Part shown: in pieces, positions 42,296 to 51,003 of the stretch
How positions within the stretch are numbered: position 1 is the first letter of the stretch
Layout of the letters: every line of letters begins with the position of its first letter
From: an uncultured Myxococcales bacterium
GTDB lineage: Bacteria; Myxococcota_A; Polyangia; Palsa-1104; JAEUJZ01
Reading direction: 5' to 3'
NCBI GenBank assembly: GCA_964628555.1
Contig: CAZVMD010000003.1
Coordinates: forward strand, 264 to 64,263
DNA length: 64,000 bases
Made by a program: the position numbers and the translations under genes
The notes under the pieces: model-generated
What the model was told of the DNA's origin: nothing
Seen by the model: only the letters and a program-made list of their open reading frames with translations
Database searches by the model: none

Positions 42296-42355
42296 CTGCG
42301 CAGGGACTCGCCGAGGACTAGACAGACCCCCCGGCTCGACGTAGGCTCCCCTCGG

Positions 42356-42937
42356 ATGTTCTCTCGCCGACTCACTCGTGCGCAGCGGGGCCTGACCGTG
42401 CGGTCTTTCGATCGGGTCGCACTGCGGCTGCGTCGCCTGTCTGGACTGGGGCCGGCCCTGCTGCTGCTCGTCGCGGCCCTGGCCAGCGCCGGCGAGCGCG
42501 CGACGGAAAAGTCGGCCAAGTCGGCGGCGGTGGCCACGCCGGTCGGTGTCTCGATCGACTGGCAGCGCGGGATCATCGAGGCCAGTGCCAGTGCCGCTGC
42601 CGATCTGTATGCCGCCTCGGCCGATGTCGCGCGGCTCAAGGCCGAGCGCCTGGCCCGGGCCCGCGCCGAAGAGCGCCTGCGCCGTGGGCTGGCCAGCCTG
42701 CGGAGCGATCCTCGACTGCTGGCGCGGGTGCCCTCTGGCCCGTCGGCTCTTGATGTCAGCCGAGCGACGGTGAGTTACATCGACTACGGCAGCAATGGCA
42801 GCGTCGTGCTGCGCCTGAGCCTGCCGCTGGTCGTGCAGCCGGCGCTGACCGATAAGCCCACCGCTGCCCCCGATGGTGGCGCGGCCACAAGCTCGCCTGA
42901 TATGGGCGCAACCGCGTCGGACAGCCACGAAAACTAG
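42356..42937 (+). CDS. secreted hypothetical protein (LPP20-like?)
   Basis: 193 aa with a signal peptide (PALLLLVAALASAG). The segment GIIEASASAAADLYAASADVARLKAERLARARAEERL is reminiscent of LPP20/FlgT-type envelope proteins. Weak call. Confidence 0.5.
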   Translation: MFSRRLTRAQRGLTVRSFDRVALRLRRLSGLGPALLLLVAALASAGERATEKSAKSAAVATPVGVSIDWQRGIIEASASAAADLYAASADVARLKAERLARARAEERLRRGLASLRSDPRLLARVPSGPSALDVSRATVSYIDYGSNGSVVLRLSLPLVVQPALTDKPTAAPDGGAATSSPDMGATASDSHEN

Positions 42938-42940
42938 ACC

Positions 42941-44152
42941 ATGCGCAGATCGACCTTGCCCCTCACTTTTTCCCGCCTGTCGCGGCGGCTGCTTGGCGCT
43001 GCCTTGTCGCTGGTCCTGCTGGCCGGCGCTGGCGAGCAGGCTCAGCTGGCCTGGGCGCAGCCGACGAGCTTCGAAGGAGCCGCGCTGGTCCCGGTCCTGG
43101 GTCAGGGCGATATCGTCAAGGCCCGCAGCCAGGCGCTGAGCGAGGCGCTGAGCCGGGCCCTCGAGCAGGCCGTCGCCGAGGTCCTGCCCGAGGCCAGGAG
43201 CCGCGTCTATCTGGTGTCCGGGCGGGCTCGCGACTACGTCACCACCTACCGCGTGCTGCAAGAGGGCGAGGTGGCCGGCCAGTTTCAGATCCGCATCGCG
43301 GCCGAGCTCGATCTGCCGCGCCTGCAGCGCGACCTGGGTGGGGCGGCTCCTGGCAGCCTCGCGAGCACGGCCAATCCGACGACGATCTATGTGTGCACGA
43401 CGCAGGCTCTGCCGGCCGCTCAGGTGGCCCTGGAAGCGCTCCGCGCTGGGCTCAAGGAATCCCTGCCCAGCGTCGAGCTTGCCGCCGCGGCGCAGTGCAA
43501 GCAGAGCCCTGATTTTACGGCTCTGCCGGGTGCGCTCGGGCTGCTGATCCTGACCCCCAGCAGCACCCCGGCCGAGAGCCTTCGCGGCCCGCAGCCGCCG
43601 CAGTATGGGGCCCAAGGGCGGGCCCACTTGCAGCTCGTGCGACCCGGGCGGGAGCTGGTGCCAGCGACCGGGGATGCCGTCGGCTTTGGACCGGAGGCCA
43701 GCGCCGCCGAGTCCGAGGCGCAGCGCCAAGCCACCCTGGCCGGCCTGCGCCTCCTGCTCGCGTCGACGGGGCCGCTGGTGCGCAGTGGCGCTGGGGTGGT
43801 GGTGCGGGTCGAAAATCTTGGCTCGTTTCGCGCCTATCAGCAGATCCTGCGCGTGCTGACGGCGCTGCCGGGGGTCAGTCGGGTTGAGCCGCGCCGCTTC
43901 TATCTGCCCGGACGAGCCGTAAGCGGTGAAGAGGCGCAGGTACAGCTGCTGCTGCAGACCAGCGCTACCGTGGACAGCTTAGCGGCGACCCTGGGGCGGA
44001 CCCCGCTGTCGGGCCTGCAGCTCCAGGTGATGCCGCTCGGCGAGGGCGAGCTGCGCGTGCTCTGCGCGCCCGAAGGCGCCCTACCAAACCCCGCCCAGCC
44101 GGCCGACAGCAGCGAGACCTCCGACGCTGACAAACAGGTATCTGTGCCATGA
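42941..44152 (+). CDS. secreted hypothetical protein (FlgT-N/LPP20-like N-terminal domain?)
   Basis: 403 aa, starting 3 bp after the previous stop, with a signal peptide. The block GQGDIVKARSQALSEALSRALEQAVAEVLPE is present. Confidence 0.5.
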   Translation: MRRSTLPLTFSRLSRRLLGAALSLVLLAGAGEQAQLAWAQPTSFEGAALVPVLGQGDIVKARSQALSEALSRALEQAVAEVLPEARSRVYLVSGRARDYVTTYRVLQEGEVAGQFQIRIAAELDLPRLQRDLGGAAPGSLASTANPTTIYVCTTQALPAAQVALEALRAGLKESLPSVELAAAAQCKQSPDFTALPGALGLLILTPSSTPAESLRGPQPPQYGAQGRAHLQLVRPGRELVPATGDAVGFGPEASAAESEAQRQATLAGLRLLLASTGPLVRSGAGVVVRVENLGSFRAYQQILRVLTALPGVSRVEPRRFYLPGRAVSGEEAQVQLLLQTSATVDSLAATLGRTPLSGLQLQVMPLGEGELRVLCAPEGALPNPAQPADSSETSDADKQVSVP

Positions 44153-44529
44153 AGCGATGTGTTTTTCTGATGGCTGCGCTGTCCCTGCTTGCGCTTCCCG
44201 CCTGCCGCAGCGCGCCCGCGACGACCAAGAGCTTGCCCAGCGGCCAGGTCTGGCTGCAGCTTGAGCCCGCGACGGCCAGCGTGATCATCGATGAGCGGCC
44301 GCTTCTGGTGCCGCGCGAGGCCGGTGGTCTGCGCCTGGCGATGCCGATCGGGCCGCACCGCTTCGAGGTCTCGGCGCCGGGCTACTTTGCCGCCTACCGC
44401 GAGGTCACGGTGCAGCTGGGCAGCCCGCAGTCGGTGCAGATCACGCTGCGCGCCGATCCCGATGCCGCGCCTGACGCCACGCCCGCCCGGCCGTTTGGTC
44501 CGCCGCCGCGGACGCCCGACGTGCCCTAG
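44149..44529 (+). CDS. PEGA-domain lipoprotein
   Basis: ATGA overlap with the upstream gene. The lipobox is LLALPAC. The PEGA-like block is ATASVIIDERPLLV...GPHRFEVSAPGYFAAYREVTV. Confidence 0.65.
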   Translation: MKRCVFLMAALSLLALPACRSAPATTKSLPSGQVWLQLEPATASVIIDERPLLVPREAGGLRLAMPIGPHRFEVSAPGYFAAYREVTVQLGSPQSVQITLRADPDAAPDATPARPFGPPPRTPDVP

Positions 44530-46367
44530 CGACCAAGCACGAGAAGCTGCATCAGCAGCACCGCGATCACCCCAATCAGCACGCCGAGCACGATGGCGAT
44601 GATGACGCTGGCGCGGTTGGCGCGAGCCGGTGGGGTGGCCATCGTCTGGCTGGCCAAGGCCAGCGGCGGCACAACGGCGGCTGACTGGCTGGCGGCGGCG
44701 ACTGGCGAGAGCGCGGGCTGCACCGGCGGCAAGGCCTGCATCGGCTGCAGGTTGGCAGCAGCCAGCGCCGACGGCTTGATCGCCGGTGGTACGGGCTGGT
44801 CGAGGCGCGGCAGTCCCAGCCCCGAGGACAGCGCCGGATCGATGGCCGCGACCGGGGCCAAGATTGGCACCGAAGGCACGGGAGCGATCGCCGCGCCGCT
44901 CTGACTGACAGCGGCGCTGCTGGAGTCGGCCTGCGCCTCGCCTGAGCCAGCAAAGCTGGATGCGCCGTCGGGAATGATGCGCATCGGCATCGACGTCGCC
45001 GAGGCCGGAGCGTTCATGCCTGCCGCGGAGCCGCGCGGTGGCGGTGGCGGCGGCGGCTTGCTCATGCGCGAAGGGGCCAGTGAGCGGCCGGCCGCGTCAT
45101 TTGCTCCCGAAGGCACCGGGGGCAGACCGGTCTGGCTGGCGTCGCGGCTGCCCGACTTGGGCACCACCATCGCCTTGCGCTGCTGGATCTGACTGGCGCT
45201 GATGACCTGCAGCGGCATGGTCATGGCCCGTCGCGGTCCCCCCTCTGCCGACTGGCCGGGAGGCGGCGGCGGGCCCGGCACCCGACCCGAGAGGTTGCGC
45301 ATCGGCATGCCGCTCGACAGCCGATCTTCGACGGCGCTTGGGACCGAAGCGCTGGCCGCCATCGACGCCGCAAAGGCCGCCTCACGCTCGCGCTCGCGGC
45401 GCTCGCGAGACAGCTTGTCGGCGAAGATCTCTTTCATATAGCGGCCAAGAGCAGCGCCGCTGGCATCCCAGCCCGAGCGCTCGACGTACTCGATCAGCGC
45501 ATCGTGAAACGCCTTGGCCGATTCCCAGCGTCCCTCGCGATCCATGGTCAGGGCGCGCATCAGGATGTCGTCGAGCTCTTTGGGCACCTCGGGGTTGACC
45601 GTGGCGGCCGGCGGCGCCGGCTCTTCAGTGACAGCGACCAGCGTCGCGAGATCGGTGGCGCGCTTGAACAGACGCCGCCAGGTCAGGAGCTCCCACAGCA
45701 GCGTGCCGACGGAAAAGACATCGGAGCGGGCATCGAGCTGATCGCTGCGCGTCTGCTCGGGCGACATGTAGGCGTACTTGCCCTTGATCATGCCGGCCTG
45801 CGTCTGATCCATGTCGCGGGCCCGCGTCGCCTTGGCGATGCCAAAGTCGATGATCTTGGTCACGCCCTCGTAGGTCACGAGCACGTTCTGCGGCGAGACA
45901 TCGCGATGGACCAGGCCTAGCGGATGCCCATCGTCGTCGGGCAGCGTGTGGGCATAGTGCAGCCCGGCCAGCGTGTCGATGATGATGCGGACGACGACTT
46001 CCATCGGCGGTCGCTTGTGCACCGCGTCCGCCTGCTGCGCGATGCCGCGCAGGTCCTCGCCGTGGATGTACTCCATGGCCAGGTAGTAGGTGCCGTCCGA
46101 CTCGCCCTGATCGAAGATGTCGACGATGTTGGGGTGCTTGAGCTTCGTCGCCAGCTTCGCCTCGTTCATGAACATGCGCACGAACTCGGCTTCCGAGCTG
46201 TGGTGCGCGAACAGGCGCTTGACGATAATGGGCGACGGGCGACTAGCAATGCGTGGAGGCGCAAGTGCAGGGTTCGGCCTGGCCAAGTAGATCTCGGCCA
46301 TGCCGCCTTCCGTCAGCTTGCGCTCCAGCATGTATTTCCCGTAAGGGACAGCCACGGCCACAGCCAT
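44526..46367 (-). CDS. Ser/Thr protein kinase, C-terminally tail-anchored
   Basis: The Hanks motifs are GGMAEIYLA, IIVKRL, HRDVSPQNVLV, DFGIAKA and GKYAYMSPEQ. A long Pro/Ala/Ser-rich region precedes a terminal TM (VIIAIVLGVLIGVIAVLLMQLLVL). The start is set at ATG 46367 (MAVAVAVPYGKYML); the track ORF extends to 46535. Confidence 0.9.
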   Translation of the reverse strand: MAVAVAVPYGKYMLERKLTEGGMAEIYLARPNPALAPPRIASRPSPIIVKRLFAHHSSEAEFVRMFMNEAKLATKLKHPNIVDIFDQGESDGTYYLAMEYIHGEDLRGIAQQADAVHKRPPMEVVVRIIIDTLAGLHYAHTLPDDDGHPLGLVHRDVSPQNVLVTYEGVTKIIDFGIAKATRARDMDQTQAGMIKGKYAYMSPEQTRSDQLDARSDVFSVGTLLWELLTWRRLFKRATDLATLVAVTEEPAPPAATVNPEVPKELDDILMRALTMDREGRWESAKAFHDALIEYVERSGWDASGAALGRYMKEIFADKLSRERREREREAAFAASMAASASVPSAVEDRLSSGMPMRNLSGRVPGPPPPPGQSAEGGPRRAMTMPLQVISASQIQQRKAMVVPKSGSRDASQTGLPPVPSGANDAAGRSLAPSRMSKPPPPPPPRGSAAGMNAPASATSMPMRIIPDGASSFAGSGEAQADSSSAAVSQSGAAIAPVPSVPILAPVAAIDPALSSGLGLPRLDQPVPPAIKPSALAAANLQPMQALPPVQPALSPVAAASQSAAVVPPLALASQTMATPPARANRASVIIAIVLGVLIGVIAVLLMQLLVLGR

Positions 46368-46648
46368 GAAAAGACGACCCCTCGAATCGTATGATGCTTT
46401 CGCCTGGAGGGTCAACCTAGTATAGAGCGGTCGCTTTTGGCAGAATCGCCTGCCCGCTAGCCTTCCCGGGGCTTCCTTGGAGCCTGAAGCCCGCCTGGGC
46501 GACCGACGGAAACCAGCGTCGCCTTGGGCCCCCAATCGTCAGCCATCGTTCAGTACAGTGCTCAATCCGGGAAGAGCCGATTATCGTTCAATCGGGCGCC
46601 GCATCGGCTGCCCACATTTGCCTAGCAACGTCGCGAAGGAGACCTCGC

Positions 46649-47815
46649 ATGTTCGATCTGACCCTGACTGAAGAGCAGGAAGCCCTGCGCAAGACGGCGC
46701 GCGACTTCGCGCGTCAGAAGATCGCCCCGGTGGCCAGCCACTACGACGAAGAGGGCGAGTTTCCGACGCAGATCTTCCGTCAGGCCTGGGAGCTGGGACT
46801 GATGAACCTTGAGGTCCCCGAGGCCTACGGCGGCCTGGGCCTGTCCTGCCTGACGCACTGCCTGATCATGGAAGAGATCGCCTGGGCCTGCGCCGGCGTG
46901 AACACCTCGATGGCCGCCAACATGCTGGGCGCCATGCCGATCATCATCGCTGGCAGCGAAGAGCAGCGACAGCGCTACCTCGGCTGGCTGATGCGCGAGC
47001 CGATCTTCGCTTCGTACTGCTGCTCGGAGCCCGAGGCGGGCTCGGATGTCGCAGGTATGCGCACCCACTACGTCAAGGACGGCGACAGCTACGTCCTTTC
47101 CGGTCAGAAGCGCTGGATCACCAACGGCGGCCACGCCAGCTTTTACACCGTGCTGGCCACCGCCGACCCCAAGCCCGAAAAGGATCTCAAGGCGAGAAAT
47201 CGCAAGATCGCCTGCTTCGTCGTCGATCGCGACCGCGCTGGGGTCAAGGTCGGCAAAGAAGAGAACAAGATGGGCCACCGCGCCAGCAACACCACCGACG
47301 TCCTGTTCGACGAGGTGCGGCTGCCCAAGGAAGCGCTGATCGGCCACGAGGGCGAGGGCTTCAAGATCGCCATGAAGACCTTCGATCGCTCGCGGCCGTG
47401 GATCGCCGCCGGTGCCTCCGGCATCATCGCGCGCGCGCTGCACGAGAGCCGCGCCTACGCTCTGGAGCGCAAGACCTTCGGCGTGCCAATCGCCAACCAT
47501 CAGGCGGTGCAGTTCATGCTCGCCGACATGGCGGTGGCGCTTGAGGCGGCGCGCTCGCTCTGTCACAAGGCGGCGTGGATGGTCGATCAGGGCAAGCTCG
47601 ACTCGGTGGTGTCGAGCATGGCCAAGCTGTACAGCGCCGATATGGCGATGAAGGTGGCCACCGACGCCGTGCAGATCTTCGGCGGCTACGGCTACACCAA
47701 GGAATATCCCGTCGAGAAGCTGATGCGCGATGCCAAGCTGATGCAGATCTATGAGGGCACCTCGCAGATCCAGCGCATGGTCATTGCTCGCAACATCTTG
47801 TCGTCGGAAGGGTAG
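46649..47815 (+). CDS. acyl-CoA dehydrogenase (short/medium-chain type)
   Basis: 388 aa with AAGGAG 7 nt upstream. Recognisable blocks are YCCSEPEAGSDVAGM, GQKRWITNGG, QIFGGYGYTKEYPVEKLMRDAKLMQIYEGTSQIQR. Confidence 0.95.
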   Translation: MFDLTLTEEQEALRKTARDFARQKIAPVASHYDEEGEFPTQIFRQAWELGLMNLEVPEAYGGLGLSCLTHCLIMEEIAWACAGVNTSMAANMLGAMPIIIAGSEEQRQRYLGWLMREPIFASYCCSEPEAGSDVAGMRTHYVKDGDSYVLSGQKRWITNGGHASFYTVLATADPKPEKDLKARNRKIACFVVDRDRAGVKVGKEENKMGHRASNTTDVLFDEVRLPKEALIGHEGEGFKIAMKTFDRSRPWIAAGASGIIARALHESRAYALERKTFGVPIANHQAVQFMLADMAVALEAARSLCHKAAWMVDQGKLDSVVSSMAKLYSADMAMKVATDAVQIFGGYGYTKEYPVEKLMRDAKLMQIYEGTSQIQRMVIARNILSSEG

Positions 47816-47821
47816 GGTCCG

Positions 47822-49600
47822 TTGTCCTTCGAGCGCCTGATCGCCGGTCGCTATCTGCGGGCGCAGCGCCTGCCCAAAGCGCTGAACTACCTGCGCTGGG
47901 CGACGCTGGGCCTGCTGCTGATGACGGTGGCGGTGTTTATCGGCCACCGCTTGGTCGACCAGCACTTAAGCCAGCACCTGTCGCAGTTCATGTGGGATCT
48001 GCGCAGCTGGCTGCGGGCCGGCAAGTTCGTCACCGTCTTGGCCACCGTGCTCGTCGGGCTGCTCGTCGAGCTAGTGCGGCGCCTGACCATCGTGTCGACC
48101 ATCTCGACCTTCTCGCTGTTCCTCGGCACCGGTGTGCTGGTCACAGCGCTGTCGGTGATGAGCGGCTTTGAGCAGGACCTCAAGGGCAAGATCCTCGGCA
48201 CGCACGCCCACATGGTGGTCTCGACGCCGGATCGGGCGTTTACCGACTACCGCGAGGCGCTGGCGGCGGTGGAAAAAGTCCCGTCGGTGCTGGCGGCGAC
48301 GCCGTCGCTGTCTGGCGAGGTGATGCTGACCAGCCAGAGCAATGTCTCGGGCGTGATGCTAAAGGGCATCGATCCGGCCAGCGTCGGGCGGGTGACCGAT
48401 CTGGTGCGCAACACCGACCAGGGATCGCTCGACAACCTGCTGCATCCGGAAAATATCCAGGGCCTGGAAGCGCTGCCGCCGGTGCCCAGTGACACGGCGA
48501 AAGAGCGCTCGGCGGCGCTGGCCAGAGAGCTGGCCAAGGACGCTGGGCAGGACCCAGCACAAGATCTGGGCAGCGCCGCTGCGACGGATGCGGTCAACGC
48601 AGCGCCCACTGAAGCAGCTGCACCGGCGGCCAAGCCGACGGCTCCGGCCAAGCCGACGGCTTCGGCCAAAGCCAAGCCGGCCGCCGTCGCGGATCCGCCC
48701 GCCCCACCAGCTGCGACCGATGGCGGAGCGGCCACCGAGAAGATCGGCAGCGCCGGCCAGCCGGTGGTCAGTCCGGCTCCGCCACCGCGGCCCAAGCGCA
48801 TCCTGCCCGGCGTGGTGATCGGCCGTGAGCTGGCCAAGAACCTGCGCGTCTACGTCGGTGACGAGGTGCATGTGGTGTCGCCGATGGGCGAGATCGGGCC
48901 GACCGGCTCGATCCCCAAGGCCCGCCCGTTCCGCGTCGCGGCGATCTTTTTTTCCGGCATGTACGAGTACGACAGCAAGTACGTCTACATGCTCTTGGCG
49001 ACGGCCCAGAAGTTCCTCGGGGTCGGCGACGAGGTCAGCGAGATCGAGCTCAAGCTGCGCACCCCGAACGAGACCGAGCCGGTGATGGGCGCGGTGCAGG
49101 CCCAGCTGGCTGCGCCGACGCTGGGCGGCGGCTTTTACGTGCAGGACTGGCAGCACCTAAACGCCAGCTTGTTCACCGCGCTCAAGCTGGAAAAGATCGC
49201 CATGTTCATCGCCCTGTGCTTCATCATCCTCGTCGCCGCTTCGTCGATCGTCAGCAACGGCATCATGCTGGTGCTGGAAAAAGGGCGCGAGATCGCCATC
49301 TTGAAGTCGATGGGGGCATCGAACCTGGCCGTGCTGCGCATCTTTCTGTGGCACGGACTGAGCATGGGCGTGCTGGGTACGCTGCTCGGGGCGCTGTCGG
49401 GCTACGCCGTGTGCTGGGCCTTTGACCGCTATGGCCTGCCGCTCGACACCGACGTCTATTACATCACCAAGCTGCCGGTGAAGGTGAACCCGAGCGAGCT
49501 TCTGGCGGTGGTCGGCGCGGCGCTCTTGCTGTCGCTGGGGGCCACGCTGTATCCGGCCTGGCTGGCGGCTCGTCTGCGACCGGTCGACGGTCTGCGCTAG
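47822..49600 (+). CDS. LolC/LolE-family (FtsX/MacB-type) lipoprotein-release permease with a low-complexity periplasmic insertion
   Basis: 592 aa with a TTG start. The N-terminus is FERLIAGRYLRAQR. The C-terminal FtsX domain is KLEKIAMFIALCFIILVAASSIVSNGIMLVLEKGREIAILKSMGAS...ATLYPAWLAARLRPVDGLR. Confidence 0.8.
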   Translation: MSFERLIAGRYLRAQRLPKALNYLRWATLGLLLMTVAVFIGHRLVDQHLSQHLSQFMWDLRSWLRAGKFVTVLATVLVGLLVELVRRLTIVSTISTFSLFLGTGVLVTALSVMSGFEQDLKGKILGTHAHMVVSTPDRAFTDYREALAAVEKVPSVLAATPSLSGEVMLTSQSNVSGVMLKGIDPASVGRVTDLVRNTDQGSLDNLLHPENIQGLEALPPVPSDTAKERSAALARELAKDAGQDPAQDLGSAAATDAVNAAPTEAAAPAAKPTAPAKPTASAKAKPAAVADPPAPPAATDGGAATEKIGSAGQPVVSPAPPPRPKRILPGVVIGRELAKNLRVYVGDEVHVVSPMGEIGPTGSIPKARPFRVAAIFFSGMYEYDSKYVYMLLATAQKFLGVGDEVSEIELKLRTPNETEPVMGAVQAQLAAPTLGGGFYVQDWQHLNASLFTALKLEKIAMFIALCFIILVAASSIVSNGIMLVLEKGREIAILKSMGASNLAVLRIFLWHGLSMGVLGTLLGALSGYAVCWAFDRYGLPLDTDVYYITKLPVKVNPSELLAVVGAALLLSLGATLYPAWLAARLRPVDGLR

Positions 49601-49723
49601 GCGGGACAGCCGCAGCGGTCCCGTTAGCCGACCGGGGATGGCGGGGGCTTTTCGGGCCTGGGATCCTTCCGTCGGGACGCATTCGGGGTTGCATAGGCGC
49701 CGGCTGTTGATGAAGATCGGCCC

Positions 49724-50377
49724 ATGGCGATTCAAAATCTGCGCGACAAGCTCTTGAAAGCGGGTCTCGTCGACAAGAAGCAGAAGCAACAGGTCGATAC
49801 GCAAGACCGTCGCGATAAGAAGCAAAAGACCGTCGAGCAGCTGGCGCAAGAAGACGCCGAAAAGCAGCGCCAGTACGCGCAGCAGCAGGTCGCCGAAGCC
49901 GAGGCCAATCGCCAGCGCGAAGCACAGCGCACCATCGATCGCCTGCAGCACGAGACCTGGAATCGCGTGCGCAACATCTGCGATCGCTGGGCGGTGCGGC
50001 AGATCAAGCAGGGGTCGCGGCGCTTCCACTTCGTGCAGCGCTCGGGGCGTATCGGTTATCTGCTGGTCAACGACGCGCTCTACGATCAGCTGCTGCTGGG
50101 GGCGCTGGCGGTCATCGAGCGCCTGCCGCCCGACGAGATTGCGCCGCCGCTGCGGGAGCTCGATCGCAGCCAGGTGCGGCCCCGGGCGCGCCGTCGCAAC
50201 CTGCTGGCCGAGCTCCTGCGCCCCCAGAGCCAGGCCGGACTGCTGCAGAGCGTCGAGACGCATGTGCTGCTGCCGCCCGAGGCGGCCGAGCGCGTGCAGG
50301 AGATCGACTCATCGGCCGTGCGCTTCTGGGCCAAGAGCAGCCAGCCGGTCGGCTACGTCGCCGACCTGGCCAGCTAG
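49724..50377 (+). CDS. DUF2058 (YaiL-like) protein
   Basis: 217 aa. The N-terminus is NLRDKLLKAGLVDKKQKQQVD. A Lys/Gln-rich helical region and the later FHFVQRSGRIGYLLVND match my recollection of E. coli YaiL-type proteins. Confidence 0.65.
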   Translation: MAIQNLRDKLLKAGLVDKKQKQQVDTQDRRDKKQKTVEQLAQEDAEKQRQYAQQQVAEAEANRQREAQRTIDRLQHETWNRVRNICDRWAVRQIKQGSRRFHFVQRSGRIGYLLVNDALYDQLLLGALAVIERLPPDEIAPPLRELDRSQVRPRARRRNLLAELLRPQSQAGLLQSVETHVLLPPEAAERVQEIDSSAVRFWAKSSQPVGYVADLAS

Positions 50378-50434
50378 CGGCGTCGCCGCGGTTCGCAAGG
50401 TGACAGCGTGAGCCAAGCGCGATAGGCTGCCGGT

Positions 50435-50860
50435 ATGTCTGTCCGACGTACTGTGGCCCCCGATATGGTCGGGTGCTGCTTTCTGCTCTATGCCGGCACG
50501 CTGTTCTTTGCCGTGCTGCGCGCTCCCTATGTCTATCGCGAGGTGACGCCGGTGCTGCGTGACCTGGCAATCTACGGCAGCCTGCTTGTCGCCTGCACGC
50601 TGGTGGCGGTCGGGCTGTTTCAGCGGCGCAGCCTGAGCTGGCTGCCGGCGATGCTGCTGTCGCTCGGCGCGATCGTCGCCGGCGCGATGGCTTTTCACAT
50701 CCCCGACACGGCGCAGCTACCGGCCGGTGTGCTGGGCGTGACCGGCATTGTGCTGCTGTGGGCCCGTCGAGCTGAGTTCGCTGACCGCCCAGCGATGCCT
50801 TCCCCCGCAGCGCGGGCCGGCGAAGGGGACGCCAACCCGGCTGCCGCGGCCGCGGACTGA
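50435..50860 (+). CDS. hypothetical 4-TM membrane protein
   Basis: 141 aa with four hydrophobic segments. No family recognised. Confidence 0.5.
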   Translation: MSVRRTVAPDMVGCCFLLYAGTLFFAVLRAPYVYREVTPVLRDLAIYGSLLVACTLVAVGLFQRRSLSWLPAMLLSLGAIVAGAMAFHIPDTAQLPAGVLGVTGIVLLWARRAEFADRPAMPSPAARAGEGDANPAAAAAD

Positions 50861-50935
50861 GCCGCGAAACCCTCGTCTGATCGCCGACTTATCCGCCAGC
50901 AAAAGTTCGCTGCACGACGGGCTTTCCCGCCGCAA

Positions 50936-50975
50936 CTATCCAGTGGTATCTAGAACTATCTAGTGCTATCCAGTG
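50936..50975. promoter_or_regulatory. four phased 10-bp tandem repeats upstream of etfB (candidate operator array)
   Basis: The units are CTATCCAGTG (50936), GTATCTAGAA (50946), CTATCTAGTG (50956) and CTATCCAGTG (50966). The array ends 28 nt before the etfB GTG and 15 nt before its GAGGAG Shine-Dalgarno. It is locally AT-rich. Confidence 0.5.
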
Positions 50976-51003
50976 GCCCACCGTCCGTAAGAGGAGTGGA
51001 ACC

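Noticed and set aside
42161-43729. 522-aa minus-strand ORF (also 46622-47965, 57549-58862, 17162-18637, 49157-50263 and 60297-61229)
   Set aside because: All are long alternative-frame or antisense ORFs overlapping genes with recognisable domains. They are extremely rich in R/G/A/P/Q with no motifs. The internal repeat seen in 60297-61229 simply mirrors the paralog gene repeats on the other strand.
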